A stretch of DNA of 64,000 nt from assembly GCA_965217585.1 (NCBI GenBank), contig OZ244561.1:3968001-4032000 (forward strand), read 5' to 3'. A program made the position numbers and the translations under genes. A model generated the notes under the pieces. The model did not search any database. It was not told the origin of the DNA and worked only from the letters and a program-made list of their open reading frames with translations. Every line of letters starts with the position of its first letter. Within the stretch, counting starts at the first letter, position 1. Of the stretch, positions 1 through 9,660 are shown in pieces. The DNA is from Candidatus Latescibacterota bacterium. Its GTDB lineage: Bacteria; Latescibacterota; UBA2968; UBA8231.

Positions 1-6
1 GAGCGA

Positions 7-1266
7 GTGGCGACGACGGTGGGCACCGATCGTTCGGCGAGTTCCTCGGCGGAAGAAGGCGAGCATACCGCCCAGGTAACAATCCGCATGCAGGAGGGGT
101 CCAGCGCCGCGCAAGAGGCCGCGTTGATCCGGCGTCTGCGGGACGCGGTCGACGATATCCCCGAAATCGAGGTCGAAGTCTCACACCCGGCGCTGTTCAG
201 CTTCAAGACGCCCATCGAGGTCGAGGTCCGCGGCTACAATCTGCGCCAGTTGCGCCAGTTGAGCTTGGAAGCCGAGTCGCGAATGGCCAGTTTGCCCGGG
301 CTGGTCGACGTCAAATCGTCGCTGCAGGCGGGCAACCCCGAGCTACAGATCAGTTACAAACGAGACCAACTCGCGGCCTACGGCCTGTCGCTGCGCAATG
401 TCGCCGAGCTGGTGCGCCACAAGGTGCAGGGCAAGGTTGCCACCGACTTCCGCCAAGACGAGCGCCAGATCGACGTGCTGGTGCGGCTGCGCGAGAAGGA
501 TCGCCTAGGGCTCGACGAGTTGCGGAGACTAGTGATCAATCCCAATGCGCCTATTCCGATTCCGCTTTCCGCGGTGGCCGATATCCGGGTCAACGAGGGG
601 CCGAGCGAGATCCGCCGCATTGACCAGCAGCGCGCCGCGGTGGTCACGGCCAACATCCAAGGCGTCGATCTGGGCACGGCCTCGGGCCTGATCCACGACG
701 AACTAGGGAAGATGGACTTCCCGGTGGGTTTCGACTTTATGATCAGCGGCCAGAACGAGGAGATGGAGACCTCGTTGCAGAGCCTCTACTTTGCCTTAGT
801 GCTGGCGATCTTCCTCGTCTATGTGGTGATGGCCAGCCAATTCGAGTCGCTGGTCCATCCCTTCATCATCATGTTCACAGTGCCCCTGGCGCTAATCGGC
901 GTGGTGGTAGCGCTCTATCTGGCGCAGGTGTCTCTGAGCGTAGTGGTCTTTATCGGCCTGATCATGCTAGCCGGCATCGTCGTCAACAACGCCATCGTGC
1001 TCATTGACTATATCAACACCTTGCGCCGCGCCGGCATGGAGAAGACCGAGGCCATCATCCAGGCCGGTGCCGTGCGGCTGCGCCCGATCACCATGACCAC
1101 TGCAACGACGGTCTTGGGGCTGTTGCCAATGGCCTTGGGGCTGGGCGAGGGGGCCGAGATCCGCACGCCGATGGCCCTGACCGTGATCGCCGGCCTCGTC
1201 TCTTCCACCTTCCTCACCCTCGTGGTGATCCCGACCGTGTATTCGCTGGTCGATCGCCGGGCCTAG
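7..1266 (+). CDS. RND efflux permease (AcrB/AcrD/AcrF family), C-terminal part; gene starts before the window
   Basis: QFES..HPF, GIVVNNAIVLID and RLRPITMTT..TVLGLLP motifs of the AcrB-family C-terminal half. Confidence 0.9.
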   Translation: MATTVGTDRSASSSAEEGEHTAQVTIRMQEGSSAAQEAALIRRLRDAVDDIPEIEVEVSHPALFSFKTPIEVEVRGYNLRQLRQLSLEAESRMASLPGLVDVKSSLQAGNPELQISYKRDQLAAYGLSLRNVAELVRHKVQGKVATDFRQDERQIDVLVRLREKDRLGLDELRRLVINPNAPIPIPLSAVADIRVNEGPSEIRRIDQQRAAVVTANIQGVDLGTASGLIHDELGKMDFPVGFDFMISGQNEEMETSLQSLYFALVLAIFLVYVVMASQFESLVHPFIIMFTVPLALIGVVVALYLAQVSLSVVVFIGLIMLAGIVVNNAIVLIDYINTLRRAGMEKTEAIIQAGAVRLRPITMTTATTVLGLLPMALGLGEGAEIRTPMALTVIAGLVSSTFLTLVVIPTVYSLVDRRA

Positions 1267-1275
1267 GAGGAACCG

Positions 1276-4200
1276 ATGGAAAAGCCAAACCAGTACCCCC
1301 TGCCGCGCTTTTCGGTCAACCGGCCGGTGACCGTGGTGATGTCGCTGGTCGCGCTGCTGGTGGTGGGCTATATCGCCTACACGCGGATCCCGCTGACGCT
1401 TTTCCCCGGAGGCTTCGACTATCCCCGGCTCTTTGCCTGGGCCAACTATCCCAACGCCGGAGCGGTCGAAGTCGAACAGAAGGTGGTGCATCACCTCGAA
1501 GAGGCCGTCGCCCAAGTCAGCCAAGTCAAGCGGATTCGCTCCAACGCCTACAGTGGCGGCGGCAATGTCCAAGTCGAGTTCCAGAAGGGCACCGACCTGC
1601 AACTGGCCTTCGCCGAGATGAAAGACCGGCTCGACCGGGTGATGCCCGAGCTGCCGGACGAGATCGAGCAGCTATGGGTCCGGCGCTGGGATCAAAACGA
1701 CATTCCGATCATGGAGGGAGTCATCACCTTCGGAAGCCAATACGCCGATCCGCGCCAGCTCATCGACACCTACGTGGAGCCGGCGTTGCGCCGCGTTGAT
1801 GGGGTCGGCAACATCGAGCTTTGGGGCTCGCCCAGCAAACAGGTGATCGTCGAGTTGGACCAAGGCAAGGTGCGCAGCCACCGGATCAACGTTTTCGAGA
1901 CGCTCAACAGCCTGCGCGCCCAAAACCTCACCGTACCCGGGGGCTGGGTGATCGAGGGTGGCAAGAAGATCTACGTGCGTTCGGTGGGCCGCTTCGAGGA
2001 CATCGAGGAGATCGCCAACACCGTGGTCGATCCCGAGCACCAGCTACGACTGGACGACATCGCCGAGATTTCCTACAAGCAGCCACAGCAAGACTGGGTC
2101 AACCGCATTGACCGCAAGGAGGCGATGGCCTTCGGCGTCACCAAGGCATCGGGTGCCAATGTCGTCGGGGTCGCCGACGGCGTGAAGGAGGCGATGGAGA
2201 AGCTGAAGGATCACCCCCAGCTTGAAGGGCTGGATTTCAAGATGGTCTGGAACCAAGGCGACCAAGTGACCAACTCGGTTGACAATCTCAAAAACTCCGG
2301 CCTGTGGGGTGGGCTGTTCGCGGCCATAGTGCTCTTCTTCTTCTTACGTGCGGTGCGCATCACGCTGATCATCACCTTGGCGATCCCGCTATCGCTTCTG
2401 ACGACGATTATCGCCCTCTACTTCATCGGCTGGTCGTTGAATGTGGCGACGATGATGGGTCTGATGCTGAGCCTAGGACTGGTGGTTGACAACGCCATCG
2501 TCATCGTCGAAAACATCTACCGCAAGCGCCAGGAAGGTATCGCCCCGCGCACGGCTTCGGTTGAAGGGGCCGGCGAGGTGGGGCTGGCCGTGACCATGGC
2601 GACCCTAACGACGGTAGTAGTCTTCCTGCCCCTGATCCTGATGAGCGACGAGCAGATGTTTTCGTTCTGGATGCTCAGAATCGGCCTGCCGGTCATCGTG
2701 GGGCTAGTGGCCTCGCTGCTCATCGCCCTGATCTTTATCCCCCTCGCCGCGCTCAAGCTCTCGACGAAAAAAGAGAGGGGCGAGTCGAGGATGATCCTCT
2801 GGTCCCGCAAACACTACGTGCGCTCGCTGGGCTGGGTGCTGAACAACCGCCTCGACGCCTTCGTCATCGCCTTGGTCCTTTTCGCCAGCATCAAGATCCC
2901 GATGGGTGGCATGGAGCGCACCGACAATCAGGAGCGCAACGAGGTGCGGATGGACTTGGCCTTTGAGATGCCTTCGGGCCAGTCGCTGGACCAAGCCGAG
3001 AAGTTCATGACCGCCGTCGAGGACACGGTGATGGCTCGCAAGGCGGAGTATAACGTCGAGATGCTGCGCACCTATTTCCGCCGTGGCTGGGGCCGGGTGA
3101 CGCTGTTTTTCGCCGAAGAAGAGGACGTGGAGTGGTATGAGGTGGCCTGGGACAATTTGAGCGTCGCGCTGGGCCTGAAGGAACGGGAGTACCTCTCCTA
3201 CAAGGAGGTCGAAAAGGATCTCCGCGAGCGGCTCTACCTGCCGCCGGGCGTCAACTTGCGGGTCAACTGGGAAAACTCCGAGCAGGATCCCCGGGTCAAT
3301 GTCAGCCTGTATGGCGAGGACACCGAGGTGCTGGTCGAGCTGGCCGCCGAGGTCGAACGACGGATGGAGAGCATCCCCGGCTTGCTGTCGGTCAACACCG
3401 ACATGGACCGCGGCGGCACCGAACTACAAGTGCGCCTCGACCGCGACCAAGTGCAGCGTTTCGGCGTAGATCCCCAGATGATTTCGGGGGGCATCGCCTA
3501 CGCACTGCGCGGCACGGATATCAACAAGTTCCACACCGACGACGGCCGCGAGGTCAATATCCGCGTGCAGCTAGCCAGCTACGACAGCCAGAGCCTAGAC
3601 GATCTGCGCAATCAGAGCTTCCCCACCGCTGATGACCGCGAAGTGTCCCTCGAATCGCTGGCGGACATCTACGTCGAGCGCACCCTGGGCAATATCCGGC
3701 GCGAGAACCGGCAGACCATGCTCAATGTCCGCGTCCGCGCCTCCAAGGACCGGGCTCAACATCTTTTCGCCCAAGTCGATCAGGTAATGCAGGGGTTCGA
3801 GATGCCGCGCGGCTATCGTTGGGACAAGGGCACCCGCTTTGTGGAACTGGAGGAGCAGGACCAGTCGCAAAAATTCGCCCTTATCATGTCCGTGACCTTC
3901 GTCTTTTTGCTGATGGGGGTGCTCTTCGAGTCGTTCGTGCTGCCGCTGTCGGTGATCGTGTCGATCCCATTCTCCTTCCTCGGCGTTTACTGGGTTCTAT
4001 ATATAACGGACACGCCCTTTGAGATCATGTCGATGATCGGCTCGGTAATCCTGATCGGCGTGGTGGTCAACAACGCCATCGTGCTGATCGATTTGGCCAA
4101 CCGGCTGCGGGCCGAGGGCAAGTCGCGCTACGACGCGCTGCTGGAGGCCGGCCGCCACCGCTTCCGGCCGATCCTGATGACGACCTTCACCACTGCTTTC

Positions 4201-4419
4201 GGGCTGATCCCAATGGCCGCAGGCAATTCCAAGATGGTGGGTTTGGCCTACGCGCCGCTGGGCAGGACGATGATCGGGGGCCTGCTGGCTTCCATGGTGC
4301 TAACGCTGATGTTGGTGCCGCTGTTTTACACCTTCTTCGATGATTTTCGCACGGCGATGCAGCGGATTATGACGTCGGCGTTTGGGCGGAAAGCGGAGAC
4401 GAGTGAATCATCGTCCTAG
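1276..4419 (+). CDS. RND efflux permease (AcrB family), second subunit
   Basis: 1047 aa; SVNRPVTV start, GLVVDNAIVIVENI, RFRPILMTT; AGGAGG RBS upstream. Confidence 0.92.
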   Translation: MEKPNQYPLPRFSVNRPVTVVMSLVALLVVGYIAYTRIPLTLFPGGFDYPRLFAWANYPNAGAVEVEQKVVHHLEEAVAQVSQVKRIRSNAYSGGGNVQVEFQKGTDLQLAFAEMKDRLDRVMPELPDEIEQLWVRRWDQNDIPIMEGVITFGSQYADPRQLIDTYVEPALRRVDGVGNIELWGSPSKQVIVELDQGKVRSHRINVFETLNSLRAQNLTVPGGWVIEGGKKIYVRSVGRFEDIEEIANTVVDPEHQLRLDDIAEISYKQPQQDWVNRIDRKEAMAFGVTKASGANVVGVADGVKEAMEKLKDHPQLEGLDFKMVWNQGDQVTNSVDNLKNSGLWGGLFAAIVLFFFLRAVRITLIITLAIPLSLLTTIIALYFIGWSLNVATMMGLMLSLGLVVDNAIVIVENIYRKRQEGIAPRTASVEGAGEVGLAVTMATLTTVVVFLPLILMSDEQMFSFWMLRIGLPVIVGLVASLLIALIFIPLAALKLSTKKERGESRMILWSRKHYVRSLGWVLNNRLDAFVIALVLFASIKIPMGGMERTDNQERNEVRMDLAFEMPSGQSLDQAEKFMTAVEDTVMARKAEYNVEMLRTYFRRGWGRVTLFFAEEEDVEWYEVAWDNLSVALGLKEREYLSYKEVEKDLRERLYLPPGVNLRVNWENSEQDPRVNVSLYGEDTEVLVELAAEVERRMESIPGLLSVNTDMDRGGTELQVRLDRDQVQRFGVDPQMISGGIAYALRGTDINKFHTDDGREVNIRVQLASYDSQSLDDLRNQSFPTADDREVSLESLADIYVERTLGNIRRENRQTMLNVRVRASKDRAQHLFAQVDQVMQGFEMPRGYRWDKGTRFVELEEQDQSQKFALIMSVTFVFLLMGVLFESFVLPLSVIVSIPFSFLGVYWVLYITDTPFEIMSMIGSVILIGVVVNNAIVLIDLANRLRAEGKSRYDALLEAGRHRFRPILMTTFTTAFGLIPMAAGNSKMVGLAYAPLGRTMIGGLLASMVLTLMLVPLFYTFFDDFRTAMQRIMTSAFGRKAETSESSS

Positions 4420-5898
4420 ACGGAAAACCTGGTAGGACACTGGGGGACAGCCAGCACGGCGGCGATCTATTTCCGCGATCAATTCCCGCTGAGGATACGT
4501 AGCGCGTAGCGATTCGGGTACCTTTCCGCCCGTTCGCACGGCGAAGAGCACTGCTTCTGGATAGGGCGCCTTGCGCTGTCCGTAAAAATCCGTCAAATCC
4601 CGGAATCTCGGATCATCGACCGTGTAGTACTCCCGCTCGGCCCGTCCGTAATACGCCAGCGCAAACGGTATGCTGTACTGGGTGCTCAGTAGCGGCAGCG
4701 GTGGAAGAGCCTTCTCCACGTCGGCTGCGAAGCGACGCCAGCCGCTGTACTCGCAGAGCCGTTCGCTCCACGAGTAGGAAGGTTCGCGGACTCGGTCTTT
4801 CTGCGACACCAAACCAACATAGCTTTTGTCCAGCCCGCGGCGCGCGGCGAGATCGCTGTAGAGACCGGGGTATTTCAGTCCTAGGCCGATGGCGAGCGAT
4901 TGCAGCAGTCCAGTAGCGACGACAGCGACGAGCAGCCAGCGTCTGGGCTGTGCGGCGAATGCCACAGGCCACAGGCTCAGCAAGCCCGGCAAGAGCCAGT
5001 TGCCTTTGATCTGACCGCGGCCGAGCGCAAAAAACAAAAAAGCGCCGATGGTGCACAGCGCGGGGAGCAAGGCGAGGAGGTCGCGCTGTTTGACTGCCCG
5101 CACCAAGCCGGCATAGAGCAGGAACAGCAAAAACGGCGACACAAAAAAGAGCGGACTAACCGCAAAGAAGAGCAGGCGCGCGAGGGGATCGCCAAGGTCG
5201 TCGATGCGCGAAAGAGTGATCAGGGTCTGCGGTAGGTAAAAGCCGGTGCTGAGCTGGGCGTAGATGAGCGGTGCGGCGACTGCGAAGGCGGACAGCAGAA
5301 ACGCGGCGAGCAGGCACCAACGCTTCTTGCCGCGTTGGCCGAGCGCGATCCACAGGCCAAGCCCGCCCACGAGAAAGGCGCCCGAGTATTTGCAGAGGAC
5401 GGCCAAACCCGCTGCTATACCCATCCATATATAGGGTCGTAGCGCGTGGGTTGCTGCGGCTTGCCGCGCCATGCACAAGGCCAGCAGCCAACAGGAGACT
5501 AAGAAGCCATCGGGATGCAGGTAGGAGCTAGTGTGCCACGTCCAGTGGCTGAACGCGAAAGCGGCGGCAGCCCACAGCGCCAATCGTTCGGCGAGGCCCT
5601 GCATTCTGCAAAGCCAATAAACGAGTGCAGTAGAAAAAGCGCCCAACAAAGCGGAGGGCAGCCGCAGGAACCACTCTTGGTGCGGGTAGAGCGCATGGGT
5701 CAGCTTGAAAACAGTCAGAGGCAAGAACGCGTAGGAAGCGTCGAGGTTCTGGCCCCAATACCAGTAAACGGCCTCGTCCTTGCCCAGCTCCACATCGGCG
5801 ACCAGCCAGAGCTTGAGCAAGGTATAGGCACCCAGCAGGACGAGGCACCGCAGATTGACGCTGTTGGGGCCGCCGCGTATATTGTGAACCCTTAACAC
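4408..5898 (-). CDS. ArnT/PMT-like membrane glycosyltransferase (GT39/GT83-like); start uncertain
   Basis: DEAVYWYW, LRLPS and GLAVLCKYSG motifs; many hydrophobic segments. Confidence 0.8.
   Translation of the reverse strand: MLRVHNIRGGPNSVNLRCLVLLGAYTLLKLWLVADVELGKDEAVYWYWGQNLDASYAFLPLTVFKLTHALYPHQEWFLRLPSALLGAFSTALVYWLCRMQGLAERLALWAAAAFAFSHWTWHTSSYLHPDGFLVSCWLLALCMARQAAATHALRPYIWMGIAAGLAVLCKYSGAFLVGGLGLWIALGQRGKKRWCLLAAFLLSAFAVAAPLIYAQLSTGFYLPQTLITLSRIDDLGDPLARLLFFAVSPLFFVSPFLLFLLYAGLVRAVKQRDLLALLPALCTIGAFLFFALGRGQIKGNWLLPGLLSLWPVAFAAQPRRWLLVAVVATGLLQSLAIGLGLKYPGLYSDLAARRGLDKSYVGLVSQKDRVREPSYSWSERLCEYSGWRRFAADVEKALPPLPLLSTQYSIPFALAYYGRAEREYYTVDDPRFRDLTDFYGQRKAPYPEAVLFAVRTGGKVPESLRATYPQRELIAEIDRRRAGCPPVSYQVFRLGR
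5855..5883 (+). promoter_or_regulatory. sigma70-type promoter for clpP
   Basis: TTGACG-N17-TATATT, 50 bp upstream of the clpP ATG. Confidence 0.6.
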
Positions 5899-5932
5899 GG
5901 TAAGAACAATTTAGAATTATGGAGATGTTTTA

Positions 5933-6541
5933 ATGGCCGAAAAAGACGAAAATTTACTCAAAACCCTGCAAGAAAAAGACCTAGAGCAAAGCCTATACAA
6001 AGTGCGCAAAATATTTCTTTGGTCCGACGTCAACGACGAGTCAGCCAAGGGCGTAGTTACTCGCTTGCTGTCGCTAGATACCGACGATCCAACCGCGGAA
6101 ATCGTCCTCTACATCAACAGTCCCGGCGGCTCGGTTCACGACGGCATGGCTATCTACGACGCCATGCTGGCGATTCAGGCGCCCGTTTCCACTGTGTGCA
6201 TGGGCATGGCCATGAGCATGGGCTCGTTCCTGCTCGCAGCCGGCGAGCCGGGGCGGCGCTTCGCCTGGCCGCACGCCCGGATTATGATCCATCAGCCGAG
6301 CCTCCTACACACCATCACCGGCACGGCGATCGACCTCGACATCCGCGCCAAGGAGACGATCCGCTTGCGCGAGGAACTCAACCAGCTCTACGCCAAGCAC
6401 ACCGGCCAAGATGTCGAGAAAATTACCAAGGACACGGACCGCGACTTTTTCATGTCGGCCAAGGAAGCCAAGGTATACGGCCTGCTCGACGACGTAATTA
6501 CCACTACGGCACCCTCGCCCAACGGGTACGTCAAAAAGTAG
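5933..6541 (+). CDS. clpP: ATP-dependent Clp protease proteolytic subunit
   Basis: YINSPGGSV, AMSMGS (catalytic Ser), RIMIHQP (His), DRDFFMSA. Confidence 0.97.
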   Translation: MAEKDENLLKTLQEKDLEQSLYKVRKIFLWSDVNDESAKGVVTRLLSLDTDDPTAEIVLYINSPGGSVHDGMAIYDAMLAIQAPVSTVCMGMAMSMGSFLLAAGEPGRRFAWPHARIMIHQPSLLHTITGTAIDLDIRAKETIRLREELNQLYAKHTGQDVEKITKDTDRDFFMSAKEAKVYGLLDDVITTTAPSPNGYVKK

Positions 6542-6568
6542 CGCCGTCTCTTCGTCTCTCGCTGGTTG

Positions 6569-6597
6569 CGCCGGTCCCAAACGGGGCCGGCGTTTTT
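6569..6597 (+). terminator. intrinsic terminator after clpP, between convergent clpP and mutM
   Basis: CGCCGGTCCC-AAAC-GGGGCCGGCG followed by TTTTT. Confidence 0.75.
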
Positions 6598-7402
6598 ATT
6601 GGCAACTCGGGCAATAGAAGGTGTTGCGGCCTCCCAGGTAGAGGCTTTCGATGGGTGCGTCGCAGACGCGGCAGTCCTCGCCTTGGCGGCCGTACACGTG
6701 GAGCCGCTGCTGAAAGCGCCCGCCCGCACCCGATCCCCGATAGTCGCTGATGGTCGTGCCGCCTTGGTCAATGGCGACGCGCAGCACCTTTTTGATCTCC
6801 TTAGCGAGCAGGGCCAAGCGCAGCGGATCAATGGCCGCGGCCGGGGTCGCCGGATGGATGCGCGCCCGGAAGAGGGCCTCGCTGGCGTAGATATTGCCCA
6901 CGCCAACGACCGTGCGGTTGTCCATAATGAGGTTCTTGATCGGGCTTTTGCGCCGCTGGCACTGGGCTTGCAGATAGCGGGCGTTGAAGGCGCGGGAGAG
7001 CGGCTCGGGGCCGAGGTTTTGCAAGTAGCGGCACGTGTACTCCTCGCCTTCGTCGAGCACCAGCACTAGGCCAAAGCGCCGTGGGTCGTTGAACGCCACG
7101 GCACCCCCGTCGGCAAACTCAAATCCCACGTGGTCGTGCTTGGTGCCCCACGGTCGCAGGAGCAGGTTGCCGCTCATGCCGAGATGGACCAAGAGCGTCT
7201 GGCCCGATTGCAGGTCGAGGAGGAGGAACTTGGCGCGACGGCGAGCGGCCGCAAAGCAATCCCCGACCAAGGAGCGCAACGCGGCCCTCGGCAAAGGCTC
7301 GCGCAGGCGTTTTGTACTGACGCGGATGCGGGTGATCGGCCGGCCTAGCAGGTGGCACTCCATCGCGCTGCGGACGGTTTCTACCTCGGGTAACTCGGGC
7401 AT
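6596..7402 (-). CDS. mutM: formamidopyrimidine-DNA glycosylase (Fpg)
   Basis: MPELPEVET start at 7402 (the catalytic Pro2 requires this start, not 7480), HLGMSG, DPRRFG, GVGNIYASE, C-terminal CxxC..CxxC zinc finger. Confidence 0.97.
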   Translation of the reverse strand: MPELPEVETVRSAMECHLLGRPITRIRVSTKRLREPLPRAALRSLVGDCFAAARRRAKFLLLDLQSGQTLLVHLGMSGNLLLRPWGTKHDHVGFEFADGGAVAFNDPRRFGLVLVLDEGEEYTCRYLQNLGPEPLSRAFNARYLQAQCQRRKSPIKNLIMDNRTVVGVGNIYASEALFRARIHPATPAAAIDPLRLALLAKEIKKVLRVAIDQGGTTISDYRGSGAGGRFQQRLHVYGRQGEDCRVCDAPIESLYLGGRNTFYCPSCQ

Positions 7403-7408
7403 GGGCAG

Positions 7409-7437
7409 AGTATAGAAGCCGCCAATAGAGGCGTCAA
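7409..7437 (-). promoter_or_regulatory. sigma70-type promoter for mutM, probably giving a leaderless mRNA
   Basis: TTGACG-N17-TATACT ending 6 nt before the ATG; no SD sequence. Confidence 0.65.
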
Positions 7438-7503
7438 ACATTGCCGACCGGTCTGCGGTTGGTATATTGAAAACCTTCACCCCAAAACTTAGGAGCTATA
7501 CCC

Positions 7504-8805
7504 ATGGATTTAACGCGACAACCGCCCCGCCGACCCTCCAACGCCCACGTCGCCGGCATCGCCGGGCTGGCGCGCATGATCGACAAAGCGCGCGGCCACA
7601 ATGCGGAGACCATCGGCGAATTCAAGTACGGAGACGATTCCGGCCTCGACGTCGAAGTGCTCGAATTTATCAATATGAACGCCGCCGAATTCGCCGAGGC
7701 CGTCGACGAACTGGACGACGAGGTTCTGGGCGTATTGGCGCTGGAAAGAGCGCAGAAAAGCCAATCGGAGATCGACGCCTTCAACGAGGAACACCTCACC
7801 CGCGAGCCGCAAGACGAGCTACACGAGCGGCTGCTCGTCGAACGGATCGCCAAGTACGCCCCAGAGCGCACGGACATCAAGACGGTCTTCGCCTCCATTG
7901 AATTGGACGACTGGGGGGCCTTTCGGGATCTAGACCTGACCGCCCAGCCGCCACGCAGCCCGTACCTCCGCAGCGTCTTCGGCGTGGCCGGCGCGGCGCG
8001 CATGGCCGACAAGGCGCGGGCGGTGACCTGCGGCAAGTTAGGCGAGTACCGCTTCGGCGCCGACTCCAGCCAAGACGCTGCCATTTTGGATTTCTTGGGC
8101 ATTGAGGAGGACGCCTTTCGCCAAGCTGCGTACGAAAATCCCAACGACGATGAGCTGAGCGAGTGGATCGCCGAACGCTGCCAGAAATCGGCCGCGGACA
8201 AAAGCGTCTTCAATGCTTGGCGCGCCAACGTCGGCCGCTACGGCGAGATGCACGAGCGACTGAAGATGCGCCGGGCCGAGGTCGCGCCCGAGCGCGGGGA
8301 CATCGAGACCTTCTTCGACCTGCAAGACCTCGACGACGAGTTGAGCTTTGGGCTGACGGACTTGCGCCGGCATCCGCCGCGCAGCCCGTTTGATCTGAGC
8401 GTCGGCGGCCTCGCCTGCCTAGCGCGGATGATCGACAAATTCCGCGCGGCGCACTGCAATTGTCTGGGCGAGTACTGGTGCGGCGAAGATTCGGGTTTCG
8501 ACCGCGCAGTACTGGGATTTCTCGGCCTCGACGAGGAGGCCTTCGCCGAGGCGATTGCGGCCAACGAGACCGACGCGGCACTAGTGGCGTGGCTGGGCGA
8601 GCGGCTCTCCGGCAAGGGCGAGGAAGAGAAGGCGCAGTTTAACCAACGGCTCCTGACCGCCAGCCCGCGCAACGACCGGCAGCAGAGCTTTTTGCTCAAT
8701 GCCGTCGCCCGGCTCGACGCCTCGCGCACCGATATCGAGAGCTTTGCGGCCCTGACCCTGCTCGACGACAAGGTCTCCTTCGCAAGGCTCAAGGCTGGCG
8801 TCTGA
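7504..8805 (+). CDS. protein with three tandem DUF5069-like domains
   Basis: three ~140-aa units each beginning DL...PPRxP..G...ARM.DK.RA...GEY/F..G.DS..D; AGGAG RBS. Confidence 0.75.
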   Translation: MDLTRQPPRRPSNAHVAGIAGLARMIDKARGHNAETIGEFKYGDDSGLDVEVLEFINMNAAEFAEAVDELDDEVLGVLALERAQKSQSEIDAFNEEHLTREPQDELHERLLVERIAKYAPERTDIKTVFASIELDDWGAFRDLDLTAQPPRSPYLRSVFGVAGAARMADKARAVTCGKLGEYRFGADSSQDAAILDFLGIEEDAFRQAAYENPNDDELSEWIAERCQKSAADKSVFNAWRANVGRYGEMHERLKMRRAEVAPERGDIETFFDLQDLDDELSFGLTDLRRHPPRSPFDLSVGGLACLARMIDKFRAAHCNCLGEYWCGEDSGFDRAVLGFLGLDEEAFAEAIAANETDAALVAWLGERLSGKGEEEKAQFNQRLLTASPRNDRQQSFLLNAVARLDASRTDIESFAALTLLDDKVSFARLKAGV

Positions 8806-9497
8806 TGCTCCGCCCGCTCATCGGCATCACCAGCAGCCTAAACGCCGACGGCCAGCAAACCCTCGACCACCACTACGTGGATGCGGTGGTGCAGGCGGGC
8901 GGGGCTCCGCTCGTGCTGCCGATGACGACAGAGCGCGCTGCGCTGCAAGCGGTATTCGAGCGCATCGACGGTCTGTTGATCACCGGCGGCCCGGGCATTG
9001 AGCGCGGCCTGATCGGCACCCTGCCCAGCGATCTCCCGCCGGTGGCGGCTAGGCGCGACCAAGCCGACCGCTGGAGCTTTGCGGCCGCGCAAGAGCGCCA
9101 GTTGCCGGTTTTGGGCATCTGCTACGGAATGCAGTTTATCAGCGCCGAGCTGGGCGGCACAATCTGGGCGGACGTGGAGGCCCAGCTCGGCGTTGAGCCG
9201 CATTCGCCGCAGCGGGCCGAGGCCGAGCGCATCGAGCACGATCTCCAAGTAGAGCCGGGCACGATGCTGGCCGCGCTGGGCCATGCTGGCCCTTCGCGGG
9301 TCAACTCTTATCACCTGCAGGCCATTGACCGGCCCGGCGCGGGCTTGGGCGTTAGCGGGCGCAGTGGCGATGGCATCGTGGAGGCGATTGAGAGCGAGGA
9401 TGGCCGCTTAATCGGCGTGCAGTTTCACCCAGAGCGGATGCCTGGGACGATATGGGTGAAGCTATTTGAGCACTTAGTGAAGCGAGCGGCGGATTAG
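8805..9497 (+). CDS. gamma-glutamyl-gamma-aminobutyrate hydrolase family (peptidase C26, PuuD-like)
   Basis: RPLIGIT, LGICYGMQ, VNSYHLQA, GVQFHPE; TGATG overlap with the upstream gene. Confidence 0.9.
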   Translation: MLRPLIGITSSLNADGQQTLDHHYVDAVVQAGGAPLVLPMTTERAALQAVFERIDGLLITGGPGIERGLIGTLPSDLPPVAARRDQADRWSFAAAQERQLPVLGICYGMQFISAELGGTIWADVEAQLGVEPHSPQRAEAERIEHDLQVEPGTMLAALGHAGPSRVNSYHLQAIDRPGAGLGVSGRSGDGIVEAIESEDGRLIGVQFHPERMPGTIWVKLFEHLVKRAAD

Positions 9498-9660
9498 GGG
9501 ATTAGTATATCTACTGAGTCATGCTCGAACGGAGAATGTTGATAACGCCCTCAACGACTTGTCTGAAGGCGTCTTCTGTTAGGCTTCCGATCTCTTTCCG
9601 CATGAGATTGTGATTGGCAGTAAACAGTTTACTAGGGCGAACATAGCTTGTCTTATGTAA

